Assembly (NCBI GenBank): GCA_030650795.1
Contig: JAUSDJ010000031.1
Span: 153,123-217,122, forward strand
Reading direction: 5' to 3'
Source: Actinomycetota bacterium
GTDB lineage: Bacteria; Actinomycetota; Actinomycetes; S36-B12
DNA length: 64,000 nt
In this document: piece by piece, positions 24,957-34,906 of the stretch
Numbering within the stretch: the stretch's first letter is position 1
Layout: every line of letters starts with the position of its first letter
Program-made: the position numbers and the translations under genes
Notes under the pieces: model-generated
Told to the model about the DNA's origin: nothing
What the model saw: the letters and a program-made list of their open reading frames with translations, nothing else
Database searches by the model: none

Positions 24957-25227
24957 AGAATTTGATGCCAAATTTGACGCCGGTGAGGACATCAGTGAAT
25001 ACGTTGATTGGTCAAAGGCTACGCATCCCATGCGTGAGATTCACCGAGTCAACGTCGACTTCCCAAAATGGGTGGTCTTCGCCATGGATCGTGAATCAGC
25101 ACGCCTGGGCATCACCCGCCAGTCCCTGATCAAAATGTGGATCGCCGAGCGAGTCGACCAGTTGCCTTCTATTCAAGCGCTCAATCAGAGCGCCATGGAG
25201 CGCCCAGAAAAGCGGACCAAGGACTAA
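24931..25227 (+). CDS. brnA: BrnA family antitoxin (RHH/CopG-like)
   Basis: 98 aa, overlaps brnT by 26 nt. ITAEEFDAKFDAGEDISEYVDWSKA ... [32 protein letters not shown] is the typical BrnA layout. Confidence 0.8.
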   Translation: MKPKRITAEEFDAKFDAGEDISEYVDWSKATHPMREIHRVNVDFPKWVVFAMDRESARLGITRQSLIKMWIAERVDQLPSIQALNQSAMERPEKRTKD

Positions 25228-26262
25228 CACCAACTGATGCGCCCAACTACTGCGCCCCCACGGGCGAGCGCGGTTCGAGGCCGCAACGGCCACCGAGACA
25301 AAGGCCAGCAGCACGCCCAGCACCAACCCAATTGTCACCTCAGCGCCACCAACAGGGGCAAAGATGTCCAGGGTCATTGATCCGATCAGTTGGCCTGAGA
25401 TGCTCAACAGCGCAAAGAGCAGCACGCCGACCAAGGGAACAGTGAAGGCACTGATGGTGATGAAGGCAATACCGATCAGCCCGCCGAGGTAGGCCCACCA
25501 TGGCGCGTTCAAGAAACCGCCCACCCCGTTGCCCAACACCAGCCAGCCGAATCCCAAGGCAGCGCCCAACACCAGCCAGCCGAAGACGAAGTTCAAGAAA
25601 GTCGCGGAGAGCGGCACACCAGTGGAGGTCGACACTCTGCCGTTGTAAGCCGCTTGCACAGAGAACATCAAGCCGCCGATGAAAGCCATCACCACGGGCA
25701 AGACCGGAATCGCCCCATTCCCCATTCGTTGGCCTACTGCCAACGTGACCGCGACAATCGCAATGAAAGCCGAGATCACTCGACGCACGGTGATCGGCTG
25801 AATTCCGGCCGGTCCCAGGCCCAGCCGATCAACGAGCAGCGAGCTTGAACTCTGTCCAGCCACAACCGCGATGGTGAATACCGCGACGCCGACCAGCGGG
25901 ACAGCGCCAGCCTGCACAGCAACGAAGAAGCCACCCAAGATGCCGCCCAAGATCTGCCACCAACGCAGTGCTCCGGCGCGAATGAGTGAGGGAATGCGGG
26001 TAACTCCTGAGCGAACCCGCGTTGAGAAGACCAAGGACATGACAATGAGCCCCGAAGTGAAACTCCACGAGGCAGCACCGAGGCTATTTTCCATGTCGTG
26101 CGAAAGCTCGCCATTCATCCGCGCTTGCAGCGAGGTCAAGGCACCCACAATCACCGAGATCGTCGCCGGAATTGCGATCGGAAACCGCGGATGAATCAGC
26201 CTCGTCAGTGGAAGAAGTGCCGTGTACCCGTGAGATACAAGGTCACGCCGGCAGCGGCGCAT
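25096..26262 (-). CDS. DMT-superfamily membrane transporter (duplicated DUF606/YdcZ-like)
   Basis: About ten hydrophobic helices. Internal duplication visible ([11 protein letters not shown] in the first half, [11 protein letters not shown] in the second). True start is probably downstream of 26262, since that start overlaps the purH 3' end. The 3' tail overlaps brnA on the opposite strand. Confidence 0.6.
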   Translation of the reverse strand: MRRCRRDLVSHGYTALLPLTRLIHPRFPIAIPATISVIVGALTSLQARMNGELSHDMENSLGAASWSFTSGLIVMSLVFSTRVRSGVTRIPSLIRAGALRWWQILGGILGGFFVAVQAGAVPLVGVAVFTIAVVAGQSSSSLLVDRLGLGPAGIQPITVRRVISAFIAIVAVTLAVGQRMGNGAIPVLPVVMAFIGGLMFSVQAAYNGRVSTSTGVPLSATFLNFVFGWLVLGAALGFGWLVLGNGVGGFLNAPWWAYLGGLIGIAFITISAFTVPLVGVLLFALLSISGQLIGSMTLDIFAPVGGAEVTIGLVLGVLLAFVSVAVAASNRARPWGRSSWAHQLVLVLGPLFWALHGALIERLNRRQLVDSLGDPHFDQGLAGDAQAC

Positions 26263-27803
26263 ACCGCAATGACCTCTTCATCGCGGATCGAACCGCCCGG
26301 CTGAACGATCGCCGAGACACCGGCCGCAATCAACAACTCAGGACCATCAGCGAAGGGGAAGAAGGCGTCAGAGGCGGCAACCGAGCCAGCCGCACGATCA
26401 CCGGCACGTGAAATTGCAAGAACGCATGAATCCACCCGATTGACCTGACCCATGCCAACGCCGACTGCTGCGCCATCTGATGCCAGCAGGATTGCATTGG
26501 ACTTCACTGAACGAACAGAACGCCAAGCGAAGGCGAGATCGGCAAGAGTCGAAGCAGACGCGGGCGAGCCCGCAGCCAGAGTCCAGGACGCAGGATCATC
26601 GCCATCAGCATCAATGGAATCTGTTACCTGAATAAGTGCGCCCCCCGAGATCGGTCGCAGCTCAGTTGAAGCGCCAGTAACAGGTGCTGGCACAGACAAC
26701 ACGCGCAGGTTCTTTTTTGCGGAAAAGAACTCAAGTGCTTCAGAAGTGAACGAAGGAGCTACGACAACTTCGGTGAAGACATCGCCCATTGCCTCTGCCA
26801 TTTCCAGAGTCACCTCACCGTTCGCAGCAACGACTCCGCCGTAGGCCGAAACCGGATCCGTGGCAAAGGCACGCTTGTATGCAGCCGCAATCGACGAGCC
26901 AATTGCGATGCCGCAGGGATTGGCATGCTTGATGATCGCAACACAAGGCGAGGCATGGTCGAATGCTGCACGTCGAGCAGCATCAGCATCGACGTAGTTG
27001 TTGTAGCTCATCTCCTTGCCCTGGTATTGCACGCCTGAAGCAAGACCGGGAGCACCAAGAGACGACACATAGACAGCAGCCGACTGGTGCGGATTTTCGC
27101 CGTAACGCAGCACTGAGCCCAAGGTCCACGACGCACCAGCCCACACCGGGAAGCCAGAAGCAGAGGGCGAAACCACTGAGCCGAGCCATGAGGCAACGGC
27201 TATGTCATATGAAGCGGTGTGCGAAAAAGCATCGCGAGCCAAGGCCGCACGTGCAGAAAGATCAAAGCCGCCATCAGCAACCGCAGCAAGCACAGATGAA
27301 TAAAACGAAGGCGATGTCACGATCGCAACGTTCGCGTAGTTCTTTGCAGAAGCACGCACCATCGTCGGTCCGCCAATGTCGATCTGCTCAACGCACTCGT
27401 CAACCGAAGCGCCCGAGGCAACGGTCTCGGTGAACGGATACAGATTGACGATCACCAGCTCGAATGGGGCGATGCCCAACTCTGCCAACTGCGAAACGTG
27501 CGACTCCTTGCGCAGATCAGCCAGCAACCCACCGTGCACATGTGGATGCAGAGTCTTCACACGACCATCGAGGCACTCAGGAAAACCAGTGATCGAATCG
27601 ACCGGTGTCACAGGCACGCCCGCTGCAGCGATGACCCCAGCAGTGGAACCCGTTGACACAATCTCGACCCCAGCAGCATGAAGTCCGCGAGCCAGTTCCT
27701 CCAGCCCTGTCTTGTCATAGACCGACACCAATGCCCGACGAACAGGGATCCCCCCAACGATCGTTGGCGACGAGGGTGTGGATGCAGCAGCACTCATGAT
27801 CAA
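26205..27803 (-). CDS. purH: bifunctional AICAR formyltransferase / IMP cyclohydrolase
   Basis: [32 protein letters not shown] and a C-terminal ...GTRHFFH end are characteristic PurH. Confidence 0.95.
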   Translation of the reverse strand: MIMSAAASTPSSPTIVGGIPVRRALVSVYDKTGLEELARGLHAAGVEIVSTGSTAGVIAAAGVPVTPVDSITGFPECLDGRVKTLHPHVHGGLLADLRKESHVSQLAELGIAPFELVIVNLYPFTETVASGASVDECVEQIDIGGPTMVRASAKNYANVAIVTSPSFYSSVLAAVADGGFDLSARAALARDAFSHTASYDIAVASWLGSVVSPSASGFPVWAGASWTLGSVLRYGENPHQSAAVYVSSLGAPGLASGVQYQGKEMSYNNYVDADAARRAAFDHASPCVAIIKHANPCGIAIGSSIAAAYKRAFATDPVSAYGGVVAANGEVTLEMAEAMGDVFTEVVVAPSFTSEALEFFSAKKNLRVLSVPAPVTGASTELRPISGGALIQVTDSIDADGDDPASWTLAAGSPASASTLADLAFAWRSVRSVKSNAILLASDGAAVGVGMGQVNRVDSCVLAISRAGDRAAGSVAASDAFFPFADGPELLIAAGVSAIVQPGGSIRDEEVIAVCAAAGVTLYLTGTRHFFH

Positions 27804-28390
27804 GCTCCGTTCGGATGGTTGTGCAGATTGCCAGTGGCCAAGAATCGAAGAAGCACCTCAACCAGCAGCGAGCGCTCCTGGGTCTTTATGCGTTCGTGTA
27901 GAGAGGACTCATCATCGGTGGGAAGAATCGAAACTGCGCGCTGAGCGATGATCTCGCCGGTGTCTACCCCCGCATCAACGAAGTGCACCGTGCAACCGGT
28001 AACCGTGACGCCATAGGCCAGCGCATCGCGCACCCCGTGCGCACCAGGAAAGGACGGCAGCAATGCCGGATGGGTGTTGATGATCTGCCGGGGAAAGCGC
28101 GAAAGAACCGAAGGCCCAATCAGCCGCATGAAACCGGCCGAGACAATCAAGTCAGGCGAAAGGGCGACAAGCTCGGCTTCTAGAGCCTCATTCCACTCAT
28201 CACGCGATGTGAAGTCGGCGGGACTGACACAAAAGGTGGGCACCCGAGATGCACGCGCCCGCACCAAGGCCCCACAGTCAGGCACATCAGAGCCAACGCC
28301 AGCGATATTGGGTCCGACAAAGGAGGAGTCAAGGAGGGCTTGCAGAAGGGTTCCGGATCCGGATGCTAGCACCACAATCCGGGAATCCAC
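27800..28390 (-). CDS. purN: phosphoribosylglycinamide formyltransferase
   Basis: [30 protein letters not shown] and the [17 protein letters not shown] motif. The stop overlaps the purH start. Confidence 0.95.
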   Translation of the reverse strand: MDSRIVVLASGSGTLLQALLDSSFVGPNIAGVGSDVPDCGALVRARASRVPTFCVSPADFTSRDEWNEALEAELVALSPDLIVSAGFMRLIGPSVLSRFPRQIINTHPALLPSFPGAHGVRDALAYGVTVTGCTVHFVDAGVDTGEIIAQRAVSILPTDDESSLHERIKTQERSLLVEVLLRFLATGNLHNHPNGA

Positions 28391-28443
28391 GACGAAATCC
28401 TAGTGGCACAGACCCAAGCTCAATGCCGTCTGGAACGAGCGAT

Positions 28444-28471
28444 GGGTCACGTCAGCGAACTGATGTGACCC
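28444..28471 (-). terminator. hairpin downstream of secreted-protein gene (terminator-like, no clear U-tract)
   Basis: GGGTCAC-n14-GTGACCC stem-loop about 20 nt after the stop at 28492. Confidence 0.3.
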
Positions 28472-28491
28472 ATCGAAGAAGTGCTCAATCC

Positions 28492-29085
28492 TTAGCGGAC
28501 GAAAACCTTCACGTAGAACGTGTCACCGGTCTTGGGGTTGACCAAGGCCACGATGTACATACCAGGCTTGCCAGCACGGAAGGTCGGCACTTGAACAACG
28601 CCATCAGCTCCGGAGGAGGCAACACCGAGGTCGTAGTACTTGCCGTCGATCTTGAGCTTGATCTGGTAGGTCTCGCCCTTAGGCACGGATATCAGCAACT
28701 TGACGGGTGCTCCCGCACGCACCTTGAACTTGGGGGCACCGCCGATCTTGTTGACAGAGGGATCGTCAACCAAGGTTGGCTTTGTCCTCAGCGCAGTTGC
28801 TGCCGAGACGAGCACAACGCCTGTCCTGGCGCCACCGACTGGCTCCGCTGACGGCGGATTCGTTGCAGAAGCCGAAGGCGTCGGCGTCGGCGTTGCAGAA
28901 GCCGAAGGAGTCGGAGTCGGAGTCGGAGTCGGTGTGGGCGTCGGCGTTGCAGTCGGCGTGGGACATGCCGGCTGTCCGTAGCCGCCACAATCTGCGGCCC
29001 ATGCCTGGGGAGTCACCAGCCCCATACTCAGCACGATCGCACCTGCTGCTGCCACTGTTGAGACCTTGCGCGAGATGGACATCAA
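28492..29085 (-). CDS. secreted Pro/Thr-rich protein with C-terminal Ig-like beta domain
   Basis: Signal peptide MMSISRKVSTVAAAGAIVLSMGLVTPQAWA/AD. PTPTATPTPTPTPTPTPTPSASATPTPTPSASAT linker. Beta-rich C-terminus. Confidence 0.55.
   Translation of the reverse strand: MMSISRKVSTVAAAGAIVLSMGLVTPQAWAADCGGYGQPACPTPTATPTPTPTPTPTPTPSASATPTPTPSASATNPPSAEPVGGARTGVVLVSAATALRTKPTLVDDPSVNKIGGAPKFKVRAGAPVKLLISVPKGETYQIKLKIDGKYYDLGVASSGADGVVQVPTFRAGKPGMYIVALVNPKTGDTFYVKVFVR
28861..28956. repeat. 30-nt tandem duplication followed by GTCGGN hexamer repeats (encodes the PT/SA linker)
   Basis: 28861-28890 gttgcagaagccgaaggcgtcggcgtcggc versus 28891-28920 gttgcagaagccgaaggagtcggagtcgga, then gtcgga/gtcggt units. 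Confidence 0.7.
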
Positions 29086-29205
29086 ACCCCCTGAAGAAAC
29101 GTAGGTTCACGAACTTTTGCGTACTGTACCGCAGAGAAACCTCTGCTTTTCACGATTGAAGCACCCGAATGGTTACGGTCGTGTTTCTTTTCACCACACC
29201 CTAGT

Positions 29206-30978
29206 TCAATTGCAGGCGGCGTCGGAAGCAATTTGCACGACAGGTTGATTGATCATCGGCTGGGTCAGCACTCTTGGCGCAACGCCACCGACGGTGGGCT
29301 CATTGAACGTCACCGACACTGCGCGTTCCTGGCCTCGATCAATCGGCAGATTCAGATACCAGACTTCTCGATCACGCTCGTGCCCGCGATACACCCCATA
29401 TGTCTTGCCATCTAGAGTCGACGAGAGGTAACCCGCGCCCACTGGCGCATAGATGTAGAGCACCATGCTGGTTGACCCCTCCGGCGCCCCCAAGACATCC
29501 GTACGGCCGTAATTGCCCCCCTCTTGCGGGAGGCCAGTTGGAGCGTCATTGCGCACCTTGACAGTCAGTTTCGATTGCTGCTGCTGAGCTGTTGGGCATG
29601 AGCCCACTGAGTAGTCGATGCTCGTCTTGACGAAAGCATCCATCTTGCTTGGAGCTGAGTTGTTCTCCGCGACCGCGACGACAGGACCTGGAGTAGTGGG
29701 CACTGCTCCGCCGAGACTCGTACTCGAAAGCCAGGCTTGTTCCTTCGGGTTCTCACTCCAGATCCTCATGTGGCCCTGCTCAAGGGGTGCCTTCAACGCC
29801 TCCGCCATATCCAGGGGATTCCAGGCCTTGGTCAGGAGCGCAGCGACCACAGCGTTGACGAGAGCCATCGAGACATCGTCGCGCTTCTGCGAATCCGGAT
29901 ACTTGCGGTACACGTCTTGGGTGAAGAACTTCTCGGCATTCTCCGAGGTGATCGTCTCGCCCTTCGCCGAGATCGGACCGATGGCCTTGAGCATGGCCGC
30001 AACGACTGCTGGGTCGATGGCGAGCACGCCGCTGACGGGTACTCCACGCGCCCGCATGTCGGCGACTGCAAGAGCACCGGTCAACGGGAAATGCGCGGAT
30101 CGGCTGAACATGCTCCATTTGGCCAGTTGAGGCCCCCAAAGGTCCTTGGAGTCAGTAGGCACGCCGGTTGTGGGGATGACATTCTTGCGGACGTCCTCGC
30201 TTGTCCCCGACTCAAGAATGCGGACTTTTCCGTTGTCGGAGCGGACATTCACGTAAGCGCCGGGGAAGCCACCTGACCCGCGTGCCTCGGCCGGATTCTG
30301 CAACAGCACCATCCATGTTCGGCTGCTGTCTGATCCCAGCAACGAGGGCAGCCAAGCAGCCGCAGCGACGGAATGGCCAACGAGTTGACCGATGTCCGTT
30401 GCCTGCGCACGCGCAGTTTCGAATCGAGACTTCAGCCCAGGCACCAGGAACGCTGTGGACACGCCATCGAGTCGCGCTTGTGCAGCGTCGACGGAGTCGG
30501 CAAACCGTGCGAGGAAAGGGGCCATACCCGCGATCAAGTCCAGGTCGATGGATCCATCCGCCCGGCGTCCTCGCTCGGTCGCGAGTTTCTGCGCATACGG
30601 CAGCAGCGGCTCGCCGGCCACCGCCAAGTCGTCAGCAGAGCGCCCCAGTGCCGAGACTGCTTTGGCTGACTGGCCCATAAGTGGCACACGGGAGAGGAGT
30701 CGCCATTGCAGGGATCGCGTGGAATCGCCAAGCTCTTGTGCTGAAGCAGCGAGTTCAGGGAACTGCTCAGTGGCCGCATTCCAGTCCTGATCTTTCAGCG
30801 CGGCTTCGAAGCGGTTGGCCTCCTGCTGGAACGAGAGCGCTCGTTGACCAGTCTGGACCCATCCTAATGCGAGCCAGATTGTGATCAAGGCTGCGACAGC
30901 GACGACGAGACCGGAGACCAAACGTCGTTTCGGAGTGCCGATCACCGAATCGACAATCTGCTGGGCTCGAATCCTCAC
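29206..30978 (-). CDS. DUF4012-like membrane-anchored extracytoplasmic protein
   Basis: N-terminal TM (LVSGLVVAVAALITIWLALGWV) and the segment LLQNPAEARGSGGFPGAY, which resembles the conserved DUF4012 core as I remember it. Commonly found in actinobacterial glycan loci. Confidence 0.55.
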   Translation of the reverse strand: MRIRAQQIVDSVIGTPKRRLVSGLVVAVAALITIWLALGWVQTGQRALSFQQEANRFEAALKDQDWNAATEQFPELAASAQELGDSTRSLQWRLLSRVPLMGQSAKAVSALGRSADDLAVAGEPLLPYAQKLATERGRRADGSIDLDLIAGMAPFLARFADSVDAAQARLDGVSTAFLVPGLKSRFETARAQATDIGQLVGHSVAAAAWLPSLLGSDSSRTWMVLLQNPAEARGSGGFPGAYVNVRSDNGKVRILESGTSEDVRKNVIPTTGVPTDSKDLWGPQLAKWSMFSRSAHFPLTGALAVADMRARGVPVSGVLAIDPAVVAAMLKAIGPISAKGETITSENAEKFFTQDVYRKYPDSQKRDDVSMALVNAVVAALLTKAWNPLDMAEALKAPLEQGHMRIWSENPKEQAWLSSTSLGGAVPTTPGPVVAVAENNSAPSKMDAFVKTSIDYSVGSCPTAQQQQSKLTVKVRNDAPTGLPQEGGNYGRTDVLGAPEGSTSMVLYIYAPVGAGYLSSTLDGKTYGVYRGHERDREVWYLNLPIDRGQERAVSVTFNEPTVGGVAPRVLTQPMINQPVVQIASDAACN

Positions 30979-31029
30979 CTGACCTCGTCCCTGGTCTGTG
31001 CAATCACCCGGGCATCGTAAGCCGAGCCC

Positions 31030-31839
31030 TCAGCGTCTCCGCAATCCCCGGACTTCGCGCCCAATCGATGTGTTGCCCATGGACCAGGCGGCATTGCGCA
31101 AGTGCTGTGAGATCGTCGAGATATCCAACTCCGCCGCCAGTTCGGAGCGCAATGAACGCAAGTGCCGACGTACGGGGCCTGGTATTGCATGGGTACTGAG
31201 TTGACCGCCATGCACGCGATGCGTTCCCACGATCTCTGGATCTGTGGCAAGGCTGTAGCCGCGAATTGCCAATCGCAAATAGAGGTCATAGTCGATACAC
31301 CTGGTCAAGGTTTCGTCATAACCGCCCACTGCTTCCAAAGCCGAACGCCTGGCCAGAGTTGCACTGTGAACAAATGGATTGCGTTGCGTCAATCGAAGGC
31401 GCGCTTGCATCGGGTTCAATCGATCCACTTGTCGAATTCCTAAGGAACTTCCATCCGCATTCATCGTTCGAGCAGCCCCACCAACCAGTGCCACCCCTGG
31501 AAGATTTCGGATCAGGTCGGTCTGTCGCGCTAGCCGATCAGCATCCGCGAGGTCATCCCCGTCGAGCGCAGCTACGTACTCTCCATCAGCTTGCTCGAGC
31601 CCAAGGTTGCGGGCCCGAGCTGGCCCGTGACGCTGCGCCAAGCGAACAAAGGTGAGCCCGCTAGGCGCGTCAAAATCGCTTGCATCCATCCCTGAACAAC
31701 CGTCTAACACCACAATGACCTGCGCCGCAACAGCAATCTGTGCAAGTGAGCTGGCAACAGCCTGTCGTAGCCATTCGTCCGTCCGGACAGCCGTGATGAC
31801 AATTGATGCGCCAGAGGATGAGGCGTCGCCATTGGACAT
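31030..31839 (-). CDS. glycosyltransferase family 2
   Basis: SIVITAVRTDEWLRQAVASSLAQ ... VIVVLDG ... VAALDGDDLADADRL (DxD), a GT-A fold pattern. Confidence 0.7.
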   Translation of the reverse strand: MSNGDASSSGASIVITAVRTDEWLRQAVASSLAQIAVAAQVIVVLDGCSGMDASDFDAPSGLTFVRLAQRHGPARARNLGLEQADGEYVAALDGDDLADADRLARQTDLIRNLPGVALVGGAARTMNADGSSLGIRQVDRLNPMQARLRLTQRNPFVHSATLARRSALEAVGGYDETLTRCIDYDLYLRLAIRGYSLATDPEIVGTHRVHGGQLSTHAIPGPVRRHLRSLRSELAAELDISTISQHLRNAAWSMGNTSIGREVRGLRRR

Positions 31840-31993
31840 TGCGTCACCGTATACGCCACGTTCATACGGGCAGGAATTCCAGTTTACGAATCGCCAGCGC
31901 GCCCTTACTCCATTCTCCCGCGGAGTGAGGCAGGCGTAGTCATTCGATGAAGTAAAGTCACGAGCACGGGCACGGTTGATTTAGGGGACGAGC

Positions 31994-34906
31994 ATGGGGG
32001 CCGACACGAGTGGGGCGACTTCGCCACACCTCGTCCTGCTAGTGCGCCACGCGCTCTACTTGCGGAATTACGAGTCGATGGTCCGGCAGTTGGCTGCGCA
32101 GGACTGGCGCATCACTATCGCAACACTCACGGGCTCGAGACTTGTTGACGAGGGACTCGCCAATGCCCTCGTAGCGGAATATCCGGGCATCACGCGTGCC
32201 GAGTTGCCGCGTGCCCGCGGTGTTATCCAAGATGGCCTCGAGGCTGCATATACGACGCTCGACTGGCTCAGATACTTCGATGCTCGATATGAGGGCTCTC
32301 CGGCTCTCGAAGAGCGGGCGAAGCGACGAGTCTGCCGTCCGTTGAAAGCCCTGCTGAAGATGTACAGAGTTCGCACGAACACACGACGGCGGCTCTCTGC
32401 GCAAACGCGCCTCATGCGCCTGACAGGGCCCTCGCGCCCCAGTTCCTTGGCCCTCAAGTCCCTCGCGGCCCTCAAGCCGACAGTCATGGCCGTGACTCCA
32501 TTAGTCGACATTGATGGAGGCCAACAGGCGTACGTCGATGCTGCCGCCAGGCTCGGCATCCCGTCGGCGCTCCTTGTTGCGAGTTGGGACAACCTCACCA
32601 ACAAGGGTCTTATTCACCGGATTCCGGACCGAGTTGTCGTGTGGAACGAACTGCAGGCCGACGAAGCGTTTCGCTTGCATGGGGTCCCTCGCGATCGAAT
32701 CACGACGACAGGCGCCCAGCTCTTCGATTGGCTGAGGACGACAGATCCCATTCCCGAGCGAACGGCATTCCTGCAATCACTCGGTCTCGATCCGAACAAG
32801 CGCACAATCCTCTACGTCGGCAGCAGCAGCGCTGTCGGGGCAAGGGAATCGCGCTTCCTACTTGAGCAATACATCCCATACCTTCGCGGATACTGGGACA
32901 AGACAGTCGCCCAGAGCAACCTGGTAGTCCGATACCACCCCACGAACCCGATCAAAGGCAGCTGGATTCGCGAGGTCTTCACTCAGTACTCAGCGAAGGC
33001 CGACCCGCTCGCTGGGCAACCGGTTGTGGACGACCGGACCCGTAGGCACTACCGCGCTCTACTTACTCATGCCGACGTCGTAGTCGGCATCAACACCAGC
33101 GCATTTCTCGAGGCCGCAGTCGTCGGCACGCCTGCGATTCCCATCGCATCTCGCCGCCTCAGAACCTCACAGCAGTCGGCGCCGCATTTCCGCCTCCTCG
33201 AATCCGCCGGTCTCTTCGATGAGCCCAGGTCGATCTACGGCAACCTGAATGCCATTGGTGATGTCCTCGCTGACGCCACCCACACGCAAGCTCGTCTCGA
33301 TGACTTCGTCCACAACTTCATAGATCCACCTGATGGGTCTGTTTCGGCCACTGATGCACTGACAGAGGCAATCGAGGCGGCCGAAGCCAAATCCGCCTCC
33401 ACCCCTGCACTTTCACGGAGATCATTCTCGCTCGCGCTGATCGTTCTGTTCATTCTCGGGCTGCTTCGTAAGGCCGACCGGACAGCATCCCGACTCGCTC
33501 GCCGCGCCGGGGGCTTGGTCCACCGCGTCAAGACACTGAGCATGCCCAAGGCCGCGCCTATGGTTGCTCCATCGTCGGACTCAGTACCCGCCGAGCGCCC
33601 GAGACTGACTGCCAAACAACGGGCGAAGGCGAAGAAGACCCATCATCGGCGCAAGACGGTGCTCGCGTTCAAGATCGACACCTACCGAGTCATCTGGGGT
33701 CCCAATCGATACGGGTCCGCCCGCCGGATGCTCAGAAGAGTCAACAAGTTGCTGCGCGCACGCATCCGGAGGGTGCCGGGAGTTGCAAGGCCAACAGGCA
33801 CCGCAAGCACTGGCGCTCAACGGTCAGCGTTTGCGAGCGCCTTCTACCAGAACGTCACTCGGCCAGCCCTGGCACGACGGGACACGAGAGCCGCGGACAT
33901 CCGAATGCGGGAGTTGGAAACCAGTCTCGTCAACGCGGCGGCCTTGGGCAAACCAATAGTCTTCGGGCCATGGACATCTGAAGTCGGATTCGAGTTGCTC
34001 TATTGGATTCCGTACGTGAAAACCCTCGTCGAACGCACTGCGATCGATCCCGGCCAGATCACCATCATCTCTCGCGGTGGCACGTCTGGATGGTACGGGT
34101 TGCCCGGGGCGAACTATCGAGATGTCTTCGAGATACTCGGGCCTTCTGAGTTCCACGATCGCATCGGCAACACCAACACTGGAAAGAAGCAGACGCGGTG
34201 GTCTCCGATCGAACACGAACTCGTCGACCAACTTGCGCCACGTGACGCCTTCATCGTTCATCCGCGCGAAATGTACGAGACCCTGATGCCCTTCTTCGTA
34301 GGGCGCGCGAACCTAGCTTGGCTGGACCGCCTCGTCTCAACCCAGACTGCGACCATGACGCATCCAAGCGTTGGCTCCGATGACCGACAGGACGAAGTCA
34401 CGGCTCGCCTACCAAGTCAGTACATCGCTGTCGGCCTCTACCACAGGCCTTCGTTGACCGCCGACATCAGGGATGCCCGGATTCGGGCGATCGTCGATGG
34501 AGCCAAGAGGATGGGTCTGCCCCTTGTGTCGTTGGAGACAGGGCTGATTCTTGACGACCATCGCGCTCTCGACCTTTCGACGGTCTGGATGTCGCGACCG
34601 CTACTTGGTATCGATGCCCAGAACAACCTTGAGATGCAGACACGGGTGCTTGCAGGTGCACAAGGTTTTGTCTGCACGTACGGAGGACTCAGTTACCTCG
34701 GCGCAGCACTGGGCGTGCCCACGGTGAGTCTCTTCGACGATGAGCAACGCATTCTCTGGCATCACCTTGAGGTCGCCCATCGAAGATTCAGTAGGCTCGG
34801 GGTCGTCTACGAAGTCTCCGACATCTCCAACTTGAATCCGACGTTACTCATTGACTCGTTCACCGCAAACAGCAACTCGACATCGGCCAAGGGGGAAGTC
34901 GCATGA
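31994..34906 (+). CDS. giant dual-module putative glycan polymerase A (KpsC/KpsS-like HP-motif module + GPWxSExGFE module)
   Basis: 970 aa, GGGGA SD before the ATG. N-module motifs: LLVASWDNLTNKG (nt 32582), VVRYHPTNP (nt 32936), VVVGINTSAFLEAAVVGTP, APHFRLLESAG. Central TM/basic linker. C-module motifs: GPWTSEVGFELLYWIPYV, TYGGLSYLGAALGVPTV. Paralog of 36970-39627. Confidence 0.65.
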   Translation: MGADTSGATSPHLVLLVRHALYLRNYESMVRQLAAQDWRITIATLTGSRLVDEGLANALVAEYPGITRAELPRARGVIQDGLEAAYTTLDWLRYFDARYEGSPALEERAKRRVCRPLKALLKMYRVRTNTRRRLSAQTRLMRLTGPSRPSSLALKSLAALKPTVMAVTPLVDIDGGQQAYVDAAARLGIPSALLVASWDNLTNKGLIHRIPDRVVVWNELQADEAFRLHGVPRDRITTTGAQLFDWLRTTDPIPERTAFLQSLGLDPNKRTILYVGSSSAVGARESRFLLEQYIPYLRGYWDKTVAQSNLVVRYHPTNPIKGSWIREVFTQYSAKADPLAGQPVVDDRTRRHYRALLTHADVVVGINTSAFLEAAVVGTPAIPIASRRLRTSQQSAPHFRLLESAGLFDEPRSIYGNLNAIGDVLADATHTQARLDDFVHNFIDPPDGSVSATDALTEAIEAAEAKSASTPALSRRSFSLALIVLFILGLLRKADRTASRLARRAGGLVHRVKTLSMPKAAPMVAPSSDSVPAERPRLTAKQRAKAKKTHHRRKTVLAFKIDTYRVIWGPNRYGSARRMLRRVNKLLRARIRRVPGVARPTGTASTGAQRSAFASAFYQNVTRPALARRDTRAADIRMRELETSLVNAAALGKPIVFGPWTSEVGFELLYWIPYVKTLVERTAIDPGQITIISRGGTSGWYGLPGANYRDVFEILGPSEFHDRIGNTNTGKKQTRWSPIEHELVDQLAPRDAFIVHPREMYETLMPFFVGRANLAWLDRLVSTQTATMTHPSVGSDDRQDEVTARLPSQYIAVGLYHRPSLTADIRDARIRAIVDGAKRMGLPLVSLETGLILDDHRALDLSTVWMSRPLLGIDAQNNLEMQTRVLAGAQGFVCTYGGLSYLGAALGVPTVSLFDDEQRILWHHLEVAHRRFSRLGVVYEVSDISNLNPTLLIDSFTANSNSTSAKGEVA

